DNA of 63,825 nt, filler included, from Choristocarpus tenellus KU-1152 (lineage: Eukaryota > Protista > Phaeophyceae), in assembly GCA_964200185.2 (NCBI GenBank). It is 8 parts of 8 records of this genome, joined end to end, with 100 filler letters (N's around TTAATTAATTAA, not from the genome) between each part and the next. Parts side by side here need not be neighbours in the genome. Positions count along the whole stretch, not along the records: positions 4,052 to 13,788 come from CAXNAD020003444.1; positions 13,889 to 20,224 come from CAXNAD020008358.1; positions 20,325 to 30,958 come from CAXNAD020002813.1; 5 more parts are not named here. One strand, written 5' to 3'. Made by a program: the position numbers and the translations under genes. Shown here piece after piece: positions 13,246 through 26,700 of the stretch (the first letter of the stretch is position 1; every line of letters starts with the position of its first letter). The notes below the pieces were generated by a model. It saw only the letters and a program-made list of their open reading frames with translations. It had not been told where the DNA came from and did not search any database.

Positions 13246-13788
13246 TCAACTTGCAAACGATTGTAGAGTATACTCTCAGGACGGACCTCAGGGGTCTGCA
13301 TGTCGCCAAGATTTCTACTGCTGATAGCAATTGCTAAACCTATCATGCCATCATCTGTTTTTCGCGTACATACTCTACTTCCCACTCCTCAAACCATCTA
13401 TTTCGTCTCCCTGGACCCCAAAATAAATTGAAAAATTGTGTGCGCACTAGAAAAACAAAATTAAACAAAAAATTAGGTACAGTCAAAATAACGATCCCGA
13501 ACTATACAGTCAAAGTATGATTCTTTGTTCAGATATTCCACCACTAGTCGCTCTGCCTCCTGCCTCGGATCTTGTGCGCTTGGAACGCCTTGGCATCGCT
13601 CGGCAATGAAGCCTTGCCACCTAATGAATGATAGAATACTCGTTAGGTTATTAGGTTTTGCAGTTGTGGGCTTGTCGATCAGGGTTTTGACGAGGAAATC
13701 ACCAAGGTGGTGTTACTTTTTTCTTTTTTTTTGCCACATATATCACATATCAGCCTCTCAGCAAAATTGAGGATGGAGCGTACAATGG

Positions 13789-13888
13789 NNNNNNNNNNNN
13801 NNNNNNNNNNNNNNNNNNNNNNNNNNNNNNNNTTAATTAATTAANNNNNNNNNNNNNNNNNNNNNNNNNNNNNNNNNNNNNNNNNNNN
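13789..13888. other. Artificial contig spacer
   Basis: N44-TTAATTAATTAA-N44. Confidence 0.97.
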
Positions 13889-15322
13889 GGCCCCCGAATG
13901 GACACCCGCCCCCCCCCCCCCCCCCCCTCCAGATACTTTGAGACACTATATTATGCAGTACCTACCTCTTCTGCCCCCCTCCCGCAATACATGAAGGTGA
14001 TCGATGTCCGCAGTGGCTACTATGCACCTTTACATAGAGCTTGATGCGTCCAATTTTCGTAATACCCACTGACACAAATATCATCTACAAGCATCCTCCA
14101 TCAGGGATGTTGAGGGCTGGCCCATCTCAACTCTAGAGTTCGAGTGCCACCAGTTGTTCTATATGCAGTCCTTTTTCTACATTGTCAATCCTTGCATGGG
14201 GAGGAGCACAGTTACCTCTTCGAACGACAAGCGTATGGGGGGTCATGCCATATGTTCTAGCAGCGGGGGCAGGTCGTACCTGTCAGAATGCTTGCTCTTG
14301 TGTCTCGCTCGTTTTGCCTGAAAAAAAAGAAAAGAAAAAATGTATCACACACACACACACACACACACACAGATACAGATATATACTAGATACAAGTCAT
14401 TTATCAAGCGAAACATGTTATTACTTCAAAGTATTACAAAATTAACATTTTTTCAGTCCTATCCCAAAAAAAAAAAAGTGATTTGTTTGTGGGTGTTAGG
14501 GTTAGGGGTAAGGAGATATTATACCTACATTGAGCCAATAGGGTGATATGAAAAAAAAAAAAAGGCATTCCTTGCTCCTTCAATCCCTTACTCCGAAGTA
14601 AATCATTGTTTTACATCCCATTGCCATGTTCGTTGAAGTTATATTGCGAGGCGTTTTCTTTGGCTCAGTGCTGGAGTGTATTGTTCGTTGGTGGGCTAGC
14701 GAATGTAATATGTGTTGGAGGATGGAGATGATGAATAGAATAAAGATTACAATGGAGAGGGTGAGATGGTACTTCTGGAGAGAATGAGGGGCAGTTAGAA
14801 TCAGGCAGAAACGTTGCAATGATTGACAGAGTAGGGTGGGGTAGGGATATTGACTAGGGCACTTGCACCATGCTTGTTTGTTCCCCTAATGCTAATGCAA
14901 GAGTAGCCCTTGGGGCAGGAATGGCAGGCACACTTTGAAGCTTGAATTGCTTGCCTCAGTTGCAAAGGGGTCTATGAAGATCTGTCAACCAGGTTTTTCC
15001 ACTGTCCAGTTCATTCATCTTCATCCCTCCTCCCTTCTATCTACTCCCCTTTTGCCCATCCACAAATATACATGTTATGTATGTATCAATTTATGTATCG
15101 ATGCATCTATCTATCTACTATCTATCTACTATCTATCTATCTATCCATGTCTTGTGTATTGTGTCTTATGTATAAAGAATTTTGCCCTCATAAGTATGTA
15201 TGTTTGTACTTATATATGTACTACATGTATTACGCATGTAATATGCATGTATGTGCATTTGTATGACCTCACAAATCCCCAATAATACTACTATAAATAA
15301 ATCATTGCCAAGTAGACCTTAC

Positions 15323-18300
15323 CTGCTCTTTTGAGACAAGAGATTTATCCTTAGATTCGTGGTCAAGTCTATCCACCTGCGAATTCTGGACGAGAGGCTG
15401 CCTTTGGTTTTTTTCCTGTCGAACATGCATTAAGCCAGGTATGTTACTAGACACTCCAAACACAAAACATTACAGTGAGAGATTAGAGGAAGAAAAAGGT
15501 ATACAGAACAAGGTACAAATATTAACACAAAACAAGGCGCTGCTACCCATTACATCACACACTGGATACTACGTGTGGTATTGAGGACTACTGAACTTCT
15601 AAAGCCCCTGAGCCAAATCATTTAAAAGGGTAGGGCCGTGTCCGTTTCGGGTCATAAGTCCAATTTTGTGATTTTGATGAATTTTGCCTTTCATGTTTGT
15701 TTGCATGTGTCAATAATATCCTTGCTCTGGACAGACCTTTCATAGCTGTAAACGTTTTGGTCAACTGTGTACACACAGAAGACTGAGAAGGGTATAAAAA
15801 ACCCGTGGGAAGTCAATCCCTGAACAGACAAACAGGGCAAAACTCCTACCCTCTTAAATGCTTCGGGTCCCCCTCACATTCTCTCTATTATGTGCTTAAA
15901 ATGGACAAGGACGTTCAAGTCGCTTATAAGTTGATATCCAGGGTTTGTTAGTGTACTACCAGGCGAAAGTACTAATAGGATCAATGCGAACAGCTAGCTG
16001 CCTTGAATATTCTTCTCCATTTCCCCCTCTTGTGCAGGGCTGTCCTCACCAAGTTCCCCTTCAACCGGGCATTAGTTCTTTTTTCCCGACTCCCCTTTCC
16101 CCTGGAAGCACAACTGACCCTAACCCTGCAGGTGAACGAGAGACAGAGGGAGGAAGGGAGGAAGGGAGGAAGGGAGGGAGGGAGGAGGGAGGGGGGACGC
16201 CAGATGGTGCAAAACAGTCAGGACAACACGAGAAGAAGGCTAAAAAAAACTCCTCAACAAACGCCAAAGTATTTTAGAGGGTAGAGCCGCATCCATTTGG
16301 GGGTCAAAATTCAATGTTGCGATCTTGATGTAATTTTGGCTATCTTGTTTGTTAAGACGTGTCAATATCCTTGTTCCGGACACACCTTTTTATACCATAT
16401 ATATATTTTACCTACTCCTAAACATTTTGGAGTAGGAAAATGTCAGAAAAAAAAAACATGTGAAGCCAAGCTCTAAATGGACAAACAGGACAAAATTCAT
16501 ACCCTCTAAGATAGTTTCACTCAAATATTTTGTTGCAGATTGGAAGAGGCCTGATGGGGACAAGGATATACTCCGGAGTATGATGGTAGATACTTCTAAT
16601 GAACATTGAGACGGTTGTAGACGGTTGGCCTTGCTTGATTCCAACTTTACAAATCGCAAAAATGATTTTCCCATAAATGTTTATTGAATAGAATGCCTGT
16701 GCAAGGTATCATTGGCTCAAGGACATGTTTTAGATGCTCTACGGTGCCAGGGGGAGTGGAGGCTTGCTCGATCTCAACATCTTTCCACCCTGTCTGTGTC
16801 TAGAATCTTGTCTGACATCGTTTTATGCTGTTTTGTGCACCATCTCCAATAGCCATAACCTACATCAACCAATATCAAACTACTGGAGTGCTCCAGTCAC
16901 ATTTGCTAGTCAAGCAGGGGGTAGCAGTGAAGCAGCTAGAAAAGCAGAGTTATTGGCAGCAGCAGATGTGGTAAATATAATTCACGAGAGGAAACTGTCC
17001 CAGCAAGGGCTCGTGTGATTCTTCTACCAATCGTGTACTCAGCAATGCAATCCCCCTTCTAAAGGCATCACTGCTGCTCCATTGCTCTTGGTCACATTTC
17101 AGAGGCTATGTGAAAGAGGATGTTCAAAATGAGAAAAACATAAACATAACCTCTGATTGCAGGTCACGTGGAAAATGCCAAACATGTTCTATGAAGTAGT
17201 TTCCAATCCTGTATGTATGCTATCCTCTTTTGTAACAGTTGACAACATACATATTTCCAAAACACTCTAGACTGCGATATGTTTTTATTGCTCCAGGAAT
17301 ATGAATCCATCTGTTTCACATTATTTATCAATTTGGTGACAAAGCAAACTGTATTCTAACAAATAAAAGGCCCTAACCATAACCCTAACTCTAACTCAAG
17401 TCGCTGGCAAATAGGGATAAACTTCTGAAAAACCTCCACCATTGCCTGTCCCTCCAACTTCCCTCAGTTCAAGGCAGTTTTTCCTGCCCACCTCCACTCT
17501 GCCTCCCTGCTCTTGCTCAGGACTCTTTGAGAAGCAGCTTCCCTGTCCAACTCCTTAACCATTCCCCATCTCCTCTCTTCCCTTTTACGTGAGCGTGCCC
17601 TAGCATTTAACTCCCTGTCTATGGTGCCCTGTATGCTGCCCACGGATGAGGACGAGCAGCAACTAATTGATCCTTCAGGAGAATAACTGCGTCCCTGGGC
17701 ACTTCTAGCGGTTGGATCCAGAATGCTTTGCCCAGTCCAACCTCTTTTCTTGGGTGTTTTTAACACTCCCCACCCCTCTTTAGTTTCCATTATAATCCTT
17801 GCACTTGCCCCTTCTTCTTTACTGGCTCTCATTGAGTTCTTGGTATTGAGCTGATGCAGTGCGAGGGAGAGAGCCAATAATTTCCGCCCTTGATGCTGCT
17901 CAAGCTTTGAGATCACAAGGGGGCAAGAAAACAGAAAAGTAACTTATATGGCTTCGTATACCCTGTTGCCTCTTCGATGACTTCCAGTGTGAGCGGGGTG
18001 GGAGACAAGAATGGCAGACAGGAATCGTTTTATGCAGTGGCACGTTTTTTCTTGCTTTACTTTCGTACAACAGGGTATATGATACTTTTTCCTCACCCTA
18101 CGGATCTGCTGATAATGACGCTGATCAGCATTGGTGTCTGTGTACCATGAACCTAATTGACCCTCTTTCGACCGGGGGTGTAGGACATCTCTGGAAACTC
18201 CACAAGAGTGACATGCCTGCCGTAGGGATAGAGTTGATGGGTTCGTGTGTTTGTCTCGTACATTCACCTGGTCTATAATTGTTCGTTCCAACACCGTACT

Positions 18301-19330
18301 ATGGGTTTCTCTTGAGGAAGTGATGCGACAGTGTGGACTACTTATAACTGGTACCACTGTACCGTGCATCTTTGCCATGTACTCATAAGGCAAGGTGCTC
18401 AAAAGCGATCTTTTTTTTAGCATTAAGGAGTACCACCTCTGACTGACCCCAGGACTGAATAGGAATTACCTTCAACAGTCAGTCCCACCTCACGAAAATC
18501 GGTACGTCTAAGCAATCGCCCCAACGCCTTGGGATCTCTTAAAAGGTTAGCCGCGGTCTTGATGCACTCTTCGGGTACATGCAGGTGCAATGACGGCAGA
18601 GCGAAATCCTCGGTCCTGGGTGGGGTGTTATAATGCGATGAGATCGTTCAATGGGCAAACTATCTGAACCCGAAAGGACAATGATCATTCGACTTACTGC
18701 GCGTCTGCGTTACCAGGTGCACTCTATTGTGGGCATAAGGCTCGGCAAACGAACGCTCGGTACTATCGCTGGGAATCTGCAGTATGTACCATCATTGCTT
18801 GTTTGGGTTCCTCTCCTCTGCGAGCTGTACCTTCTCGACGAGAGGACTCTCAGAGAAGATTGTGGTCGTGCCCTGCAGTTTGAGACCGAAGAGACAGGCT
18901 TCTGACACCTGTGAAGAGTTTCACTTGGCACGCTAATAGAACGTGCCATCGATGCTTGCAGCGACGTGGTTGGCACTGCACTATCTTTATCGCTTTTTGT
19001 TCTATATTCAGAAGATCTGTGGTTGACATCGTGATCTTCGTCGCTCTCACCGCCACCATGACAATATGATACGTCCGAGTGAGTTTGATTTTCACATGTT
19101 GTGGGCTCTTCTAACTGCCTTTCTTTCTTTGGCTGTTTGCCATATAGAATTCCCCACGTAAGGTTAAGGAGTCCCTCGAGCTCGTAGTCTTTCCAACTAA
19201 GCTGCCCTCCTCCTTCCTTGCTGGCGGTCATCGCCCCCCTAACACCACCGCAATCCACCACGCGACCCTTTTCTTCGCTTTGATATTGTACGTCTTTCTT
19301 TTCAGCTGCATTGACCCAAGTTACCGAGCC
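15323..19330 (-). CDS. Multi-exon hypothetical protein (partial, boundaries approximate)
   Basis: Long open exon-like blocks ~19330-18714, 18615-18470 (splices in phase: TG|G = W, then TEDFALPSLHLHVPEECIKTAANLLRDPKALGRLL...), ~18350-18100, ~17905-17490, possibly ~16128-15960, and 15415-15323 (cag|GAA...CAG|gtaag). No recognisable domain. Confidence 0.45.
15610..15868 (-). mobile_element. MITE family A, diverged copy
   Basis: GAGCCAAATCATTTAAAAGGGTAG...GACAAACAGGGCAAAACTCCTACCCTC; interior alignable by eye. Confidence 0.75.
16261..16522 (-). mobile_element. MITE family A copy
   Basis: CCAAAGTATTTTAGAGGGTAG...TACCCTCTAAGATAGTTTCACTC. Confidence 0.88.
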
Positions 19331-20224
19331 TGTCTGTGCGATACACTACTACTACAGTTTTGAATGAAATGGATACGTTGTAGTCGCAACGGTACTGAAC
19401 ACGTGACGTTTCAACGTTACAACCTCATCGAAGATAAAAGAAGCCTGACACATCTGCAAAATGTCAGAGGGCATAACAATAAAATAATATAATAATAAAA
19501 GAAGTCATGTATATATTAGGATGAAGACCACACCAAACAACCTCGGGCAATACAATATAACTTTGCCTTCACTCAATCTCATCGCCTAACCACATAACTT
19601 CAACCTGATGTCCCAAAAATCCAACGGATTAAATCGAAACAAAACAAAGACCTATAATGTACTGTCGTGGAAGTGTTACAGACAATGGGTCTCAATGGCG
19701 TTTTTGAAACCGCCATTATGAAACTAAAGTCCCTAGATTTGAGATGGTGGGATTGTTCCCCCCTTTTTTTATTAATTTGGTCATTATGAGGTCGAACTCA
19801 TACCCCATGTTTAAGACTGTATTCTCGATTGAGCAAAAAGATGTAAAAGAAATAGACCCATGTATGTGTTAAAGTAAGTATCACCCAAATCCTAAAAAAT
19901 AATGAAGGTGATACACCTAAGGAGATTGCTTGATGTCTGTAGCGTGATTGATTAACGTTAAGTGGGGCATGCAGCACCCCATGAAATCAGAAATATTTCC
20001 TTTTATATTAGAAATGTTCTCATATAGGTAATCACTAATAAAATGTTCTGATAACTTAATTCACTAATGATGGTTCTCTTACTCCGTATATACAGTTTAC
20101 CACAACTGTCCGATAGAGTTGGAAGAGTCTAATAATTGAACACCCTCCCTGGAGAACTCAAAGGGTTGTTAGCCAAGTAGATGGCTCCAGTGTTATCCTC
20201 ATACACTACATAACACGACCCAGT

Positions 20225-20324
20225 NNNNNNNNNNNNNNNNNNNNNNNNNNNNNNNNNNNNNNNNNNNNTTAATTAATTAANNNNNNNNNNNNNNNNNNNN
20301 NNNNNNNNNNNNNNNNNNNNNNNN
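20225..20324. other. Artificial contig spacer
   Basis: N44-TTAATTAATTAA-N44. Confidence 0.97.
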
Positions 20325-20414
20325 ACATAATATTGAAATAGCGTCTCAGATACATGACATAGCTAAAGGTTAGCCTCTATGCCTTTCCCCCTCCCCCCCT
20401 CCCCCCTGTCTCAC

Positions 20415-23384
20415 TTGTCAATATAGCTTAATCTCTGCCCTCCTTTGCCCTTCTCAACATCCATGATTTTAATGCCACGCTCTGATGCCCATGCCACCAA
20501 TGGTCCCCTCCATGCAATGGCAGAAATTGGACCCTCACCCTCATGAAGGAGAGTCTCTTCATGACCCCACCAGCCCCTTCTGTTCAGGAGAAGTCGCCCC
20601 GCAACACCTCCAGTCACAAAAGTCTTGTCCTTTCTGTTTTGTTTGATTTAAAAAAACAAAATAATCATATTTCAAAGGATCAGTGGAGGTGCGCATGCCT
20701 CTATGACTCTATGTTATTCATGGGTAGAAGTTATGCATTGTTGAATATCAAACATCAAATATCAAATATCAAATACCACATCAAACACACACACACACAC
20801 ACACAACTGAAGCCACTCCTAGCAATAGCAATCACCAAACTTTGACCTCTCCAACTAAACATTGTCTCTCTTCCCAAGTAGACTATTCTAACACCCCTTG
20901 TCTGAAGACTATTCTAACAAAACACTGCTACTTACCACTGCAACTCGACCCCAAACTACACTACTTACCCCCCCTAACGACCACATTTAGACCCAATACT
21001 ATACAAGAAAACTGCATCCCAGCACACCCACCTGCCATAAAGTGGGTCAAGGTGAAGAGCCAAGATAGGAGATCCAAAAAGGTAAACCTCTGGGGGAGGA
21101 GGTGTTCCATCTTGCTGAGGCTGCAATCCACTGATAACCACGGTTCCATCCTCTGAGCAGCTGGCACACACAAATTGTTTACCATTATGTGCAGTCAAAC
21201 AAATGTGTGGTATATTGAAAGAAAATTAGGGTGAAGAGGGTAAACAATAGTTCTCATTGTAGAGGAATAAGTCAGGTCGTAAGGGACTGGAAACCACTTA
21301 CCATGGACACTACTGTGAAAGACTTTAAACTTGGAACTCCCTGTGGACTGAATGTGGTTGGTAGGACAAACAAGAAGTTCAGTACCAGCTTAGTGCAACA
21401 ATCACCACAGCAGCATGAAGTACTGGGGTAAGGTTGAAGTTAGTCTATTTGTTACATGTACTTGCTCAGAGGTAATCTATTCATTGTCCCCAGTATACCA
21501 CTAAAATCCAGCTGCTCCATGGACATGTTACGGGGAGGCAGACACAACCACTAGGCTTGTCTACCTAGACTCCATACAAGTCAAGATTTAGCCATAGCTT
21601 GTAAACTCCAATTCTTTGCTTTAAGCCTATTGTTCAACATATCCCTAAAAGAGTCACAGTGCTGCACTAATACTACACAACATCAATTGTGTGTTGCTAG
21701 GCACATGTTCCAGGCAATCAAGTACAGTGTATTTGACAAAATAGAAGGTGCGCCTTTGACCAGTTCCTACTACCCCCACAACATCAAAGCAACCACATAA
21801 CTGCAGTAGTCACACACAGTGACTGTGTTAGCAAAATAGCATTGCCCCAGCAACTCTCGAATACACATGATTTGTACCTCTTCCTCCATAGCAGAGAACA
21901 TGATCAACATGGGATGCCCTTCCCCCACGAAACAACTCTTCCTCCCCCTACCCCGCCCTTCACACTTGCCTACCCTCATGCACCCAAAGCATACACCTTC
22001 AAAGCAACTCTAACCTGGCCAGGAAATTGCCTGCCATGTCCATGCTGATGTCTGTCACTGCCTTGGTGTGGGGCTTCAGTCTCCTAGACTCATTCCCATG
22101 GTAGTCCATGAGGTGCACTGCTCCTTGCTTAGTACCAAATGCCTGGAAGAGTTTCCAAGCAAAAGAGCATGCGCTGGATTCAGCTGCTAGGTCTTGTCTC
22201 TTCATTGTGAAAGTGTGCAAGTCAGGATTGATTGAGGATCATTGCACCCATTTTTTCACTAATGCCTTGATTCTCACCCTGATGCAGAAATTTTCAGCAC
22301 TTCAAGCTAATGTATGACGTGAGAAACTACTCCATCCTCAAAATCTCAAGCTGATGATGCACAGGTGGGAAACAAGGGTGAACCTACTGAGGTGCCCTAT
22401 CTATGTATAAGATTACTGGCTGAGTCGGCGAAAAAACTAGCTCGAAAACCGTGAACATCATTTTGGCGACGAGGGATGCCTAAAAGAGGTGGACTATCAA
22501 TGGTGGTCTCCCGTGGTAGACTCAATACACCACACATGGTTGTGGGAATAATACAATTGAACTGTCAGAGACTTGCAATCGTGAGATCCCCATCGTCTAA
22601 GGCTTAAATGCAACGAACACATGAAGTAAGTGCGGCAAACCCTTTAATTGTCTCAATCTAAGGCTTCTTCTATCTTTGCATTTTCCAATCTTTAGAGATG
22701 TTCAGGGGACAAAAACATGCAATGTGAGACCGCATGGACAATCTTGGAAGCCGCTACAAAACTACCGAAAAGCTGCAACAGAGCCACGACCGCCTTCCTA
22801 GACCAACTGGAATATTGTGAACGGATGTTAAAGTAGACAAGAGACTCACACAAACTAAGACTGGTGTCTTCAACATTGCTCGATTTCTTTACATTACACC
22901 TTGGGCCTGGGGAGGGTGTAGGGGAGGAAGTCCGCGCTGTCAAACGACTGGTTTGCTCTCAGCGACTGGTCTATGCGGTATGGATCACAAGGGGCGCAGG
23001 AAATTGTCTATGTGCTGTTTTGAAGACTTGCAGCTGAAACAACACATGTAGAAAAGAGACACAATAAACCATTTCGAGGTGGTGAGTACAAGAACGCACG
23101 AGTACCAAGGAATCACAAGCACCCTCCTCCCCTCCACCCCCCCCCTCAGAGCGAAGGTATGAGAGCTCATTCTATCCCTTGGCTCCCACCATACTCACAA
23201 GGTACGAGTCGTGAACTGCTATCCTGATCACAGAGTCACCGCTACTGATGAGCTTCCCGAGATCGGCCCCCATCCTCTGGTACTTGAGCACGGGTTCATC
23301 GTCCACCTCTCCTTCTGGATCATCATCACCAGGCGGCATGGCTTTCTCCGGGGACACCTGCTTAACTGTCTTATTCCCCACCAT
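20415..23384 (-). CDS. VPS41: Vacuolar protein sorting 41 (HOPS subunit), 5' four exons; truncated by contig end
   Basis: Exons 23384-23199, 22142-22015, 21160-21032 and 20633-20415, all GT-AG and in phase: DDEPVLKYQRMG...AVHDSYL/AFGTKQGAVHLMDYHGN...ISMDMAGNFLA/SCSEDGTVVI...LDPLYG/RKDKTFVTGGVAGRLLLNRRGWWG...LHEGEGPISAIAWRGPLVAWASERGIKIMD. This is the VPS41 N-terminal propeller. Confidence 0.93.
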
Positions 23385-23707
23385 GACCAGAACAATGTTC
23401 ACGACGAAATTTCTACTCGAAGTTGGAGAGACTTGACGTGAGCTGCGCAACCGCTATCGCTTTTCTGTCCGAGACTGCAGGTATGCAACAGCTAGCGTTG
23501 GAATTTTCAACGAGTAACCATTTCATCCCTTTTCTCTCTGCACATGAGTCACCCTATTACTGTGGGTCTAGCACAGTTGGTGTGGAAAGGACAAGAGAGT
23601 TGAGTTTGGATGAGATGCTGAACGGAGTTGCACACCAGCTTAAGGCGATCACCCTGTTTATCCACAGTATTATCGTCTCTAAGAATTGGCAATTAACAAG
23701 GGTTACG
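23385..23707. promoter_or_regulatory. Putative bidirectional promoter between VPS41 and CCDC43
   Basis: 323 bp separate the two divergent predicted ATGs on the same contig. No TSS data. Confidence 0.6.
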
Positions 23708-26700
23708 ATGGGTGAGGACGGGTTCGAAGGATGGTTAGCGGAGAAGTTGGATGCTCTTAGTCTTGACAGTGAGGTGAAGATTGATCGGGCTGGTTGCGAA
23801 TTCTCTCCGTCAGAGTTGTGAAGAATGATGACCTTGAGAGGAAGTCACCTGGTACCTACACGTTCTGTGTGAGACTGTCCACACTTTCTCTCTGTTTCCC
23901 CTTCTTGGCCATTCATGATAGATACATGTAGGGTGAACTGGGTCTGAACATCCGCTGTCCGTTGTACTCACTATGGGACTGTGAACGACGCACTGGTCGC
24001 CCCCGTTCTTCCCGTACTCAGGTGTTTGTCGACTACGTATCAGGCATCTTAGGAGATGAAGGAGAACCTCTGGAAGAGCGAGTGGATGCAGTCTGTGAAC
24101 TCCTTGCTGACGCTACGGAGGAGGTGCGCGATCTGCACCTTTCTTTTGTCAGTAGAACAGAGTCGCCCATAGAAATGAAGTTTCATTTTCGAAATGCTTG
24201 GAGTTTTGTCCAGAGTTCCTTCGTGAGCTGTCCTGTGAAAAGGCAGGGCAGAGTCGAAACTTACCGAGATATTGTCTGTTTGTAGAAAGGACTCGTTTGA
24301 TTCGAGCACCCATGTATTTGCAAGCAACAACCGTCATCGACCTTGCTGGTTGTGTTGAGTGTGGACTCTTTCAAATAAACCTTGGAAAACCTTTAAATTT
24401 GTAGCATTCTCGTCGCCCTCGGTTCCCTCGTGCACCTATAACGCGTGCTTAGGACTTAGGAGACTTCAAACCAACCCTGCAAGCCCGTTGGGAGATGCAC
24501 GTGGGCCAGGAGGAAGCCGCCAAGGAGAGAGCCAAGGTGGCCATGCAGCTGGATATGGAGAAAAAGAAAGAGGTGAGGAGTGCGGAAATGAACCTTGCGT
24601 TTCCCTGGCCCACCGCACTGGATCATAGTTTGTTCTGGTTGGCATCCCAACCCTTTCCCTAGCTGTGTTCCTCAAACAAATGCACTGCACATGCAGTAGA
24701 AAGGATGGGTCACATGATGAGAGGCACAGAAAGTCTCGATCGAATCGCACGTTCAGATTCTTGTTGAGACATTGAGGATGAGGTTGTTGTCAAGATCTGC
24801 CTCTAGTAGGAAGAGAAACTTATAAATCTTTTTTATTACTCTTCTGATTTCTGGGCCTGGCCTCTCCTCTACTTGTCACCATTCAGAACTGGGTTTGAGC
24901 TTAATAGTGGGACAACACGTTTGCTTTACTACAAAATCCCTACCTTCGAAAAGTACACTCAGACCCTACGAATTCTATATCACCCCGACTTTCTTGCATT
25001 TTCAAATACACTGTAAGGCTTGACTAGCTGTAACCCTAGGGTATTATGGGTGTGACTATTTTGTAATGGAACCACATCTCAAAACTGATACAGGAATATT
25101 GGGTACACGTTACAACATTTGCTCTTCGCCCTTCCTTGCTGAGAGTTGAACAATTGAGACTTCTCTCTATACAGCTTGAATATGCATTGTTTTTTTCTCT
25201 TCCCATAATGGGTGTGGTAGATTGTGCGGATTGAAAGATCCTTCCCTCCCCATCATTCATGAGGATTCTCTCGTTCACCATCCCACACACTCATCCCTCC
25301 CACAGAGGAAGATACTTGAGCAATCTGGGGAGGACTACCCGAGTTCCTTACCCTAGCTAGCTGTATGGTCTGGGATAACCCACTCACTAGGTCCAAATGG
25401 TTATAGGGTGGGGACCCCTGAGGCTTATAAGAGCACCTTTTTTCCTTTTCACTTTGTTGGATACATCACAAACTGCGTTTGCAAAGGATTTCTCAATACT
25501 GCTGTACAGTTAAGCTATACCCGTTAAAGTTGAGATGAACTTGTCTGTATGGAACAGTTTTCTTGTTCAGCATTCCTATTTTTCCAAAGTTCAAATCCTC
25601 ACCCGTGATGTCACATGTTTTTATTTTTGTACTGTTCTGGTTGGAAGGATGAAACGCCTCCCAAAATTATGTTTTAAGAGGGTGATATGATTGAGATCTC
25701 TTGATAATATGCTTGTGAGAGACAGGGGATCTGTTGAATATGACAGGTTCCGGCAAAATTGTACGACACAAATCTGTGGCAGTGTGGTGCCTTTCTCCAT
25801 CCTTGCCAGCAACAGAAGGAAAAATCCAACAATGCCTGATTCCCCCCTTTAACCCCCCCTGCCCTTTCCCTCCCTTAGGAGGAACGCCGCCAGGTGGCAG
25901 AAGCAGAAGAGGAGCGAAAGGTGAAGGCAATGAAGGGGGCACAGCGATCTGAGGAGGAAAAACGAGCAAGAGAACTAATCTTGAGTCAGTATGGATACGA
26001 TTCAGACCCTGTGGATGAGGATGGGAACCCGTTGGATGTTGAAGAGGCGGAGGGGGCAGAGGGGGCAGCAGCGGTGAGTTAGATATCTCTATCCTCAACC
26101 CTTGTGTGTAGGTATTGAAATGTACTCTGGAATATTTAGTGGGAGTCCACTGTGGAGGTATATGTTACATGTGTATTTCTTGTAATATCACAATCAGTGG
26201 CACTCTACATAATGTTACATATTTTTGTCTGGTGGACTAGTGTAGGTATCAAGTATGAGTGTGAGTATGAGTATGTTATTATTATTGTGAGAGTTGCCTT
26301 GTATCAAATTGACCACTGCCTGTGGTTGTCACAGGCATGGCCTGATTAGTTTAGTTTTGGCTTGAGTTGCGACTGATTCCTGATGACTCTCTGAGACTCC
26401 TCAGCTCTTGTTCCATATTACGTCACCATGGAGGCATTTGAAGAGATATTCACTAAGCAGGATTATATATGCAGTGGGTGATTTTGATGAAGAGAGGGGT
26501 AATTTCTGCTATGTTGATACCTTCATCACACCACCCTTTATCTCTCCACAATGGTCCCTCCAGGACCAGATCATGGCACTCAAAGCAATATTGACCCACA
26601 TGCCTTCTTTTGCTGCAGTGCTCTGTCCAACCATGCGTGATTATGCTGTTGAGTGCACTCATCCCTACCTGTCTTACCTGCCTGATAGTCCACACTTTTC

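Noticed and set aside
23423-23707. N-terminal extension of CCDC43 from ORF 23423-23821
   Set aside because: The ORF begins at a non-ATG codon and covers the divergent promoter; similarity starts at Met 23708.
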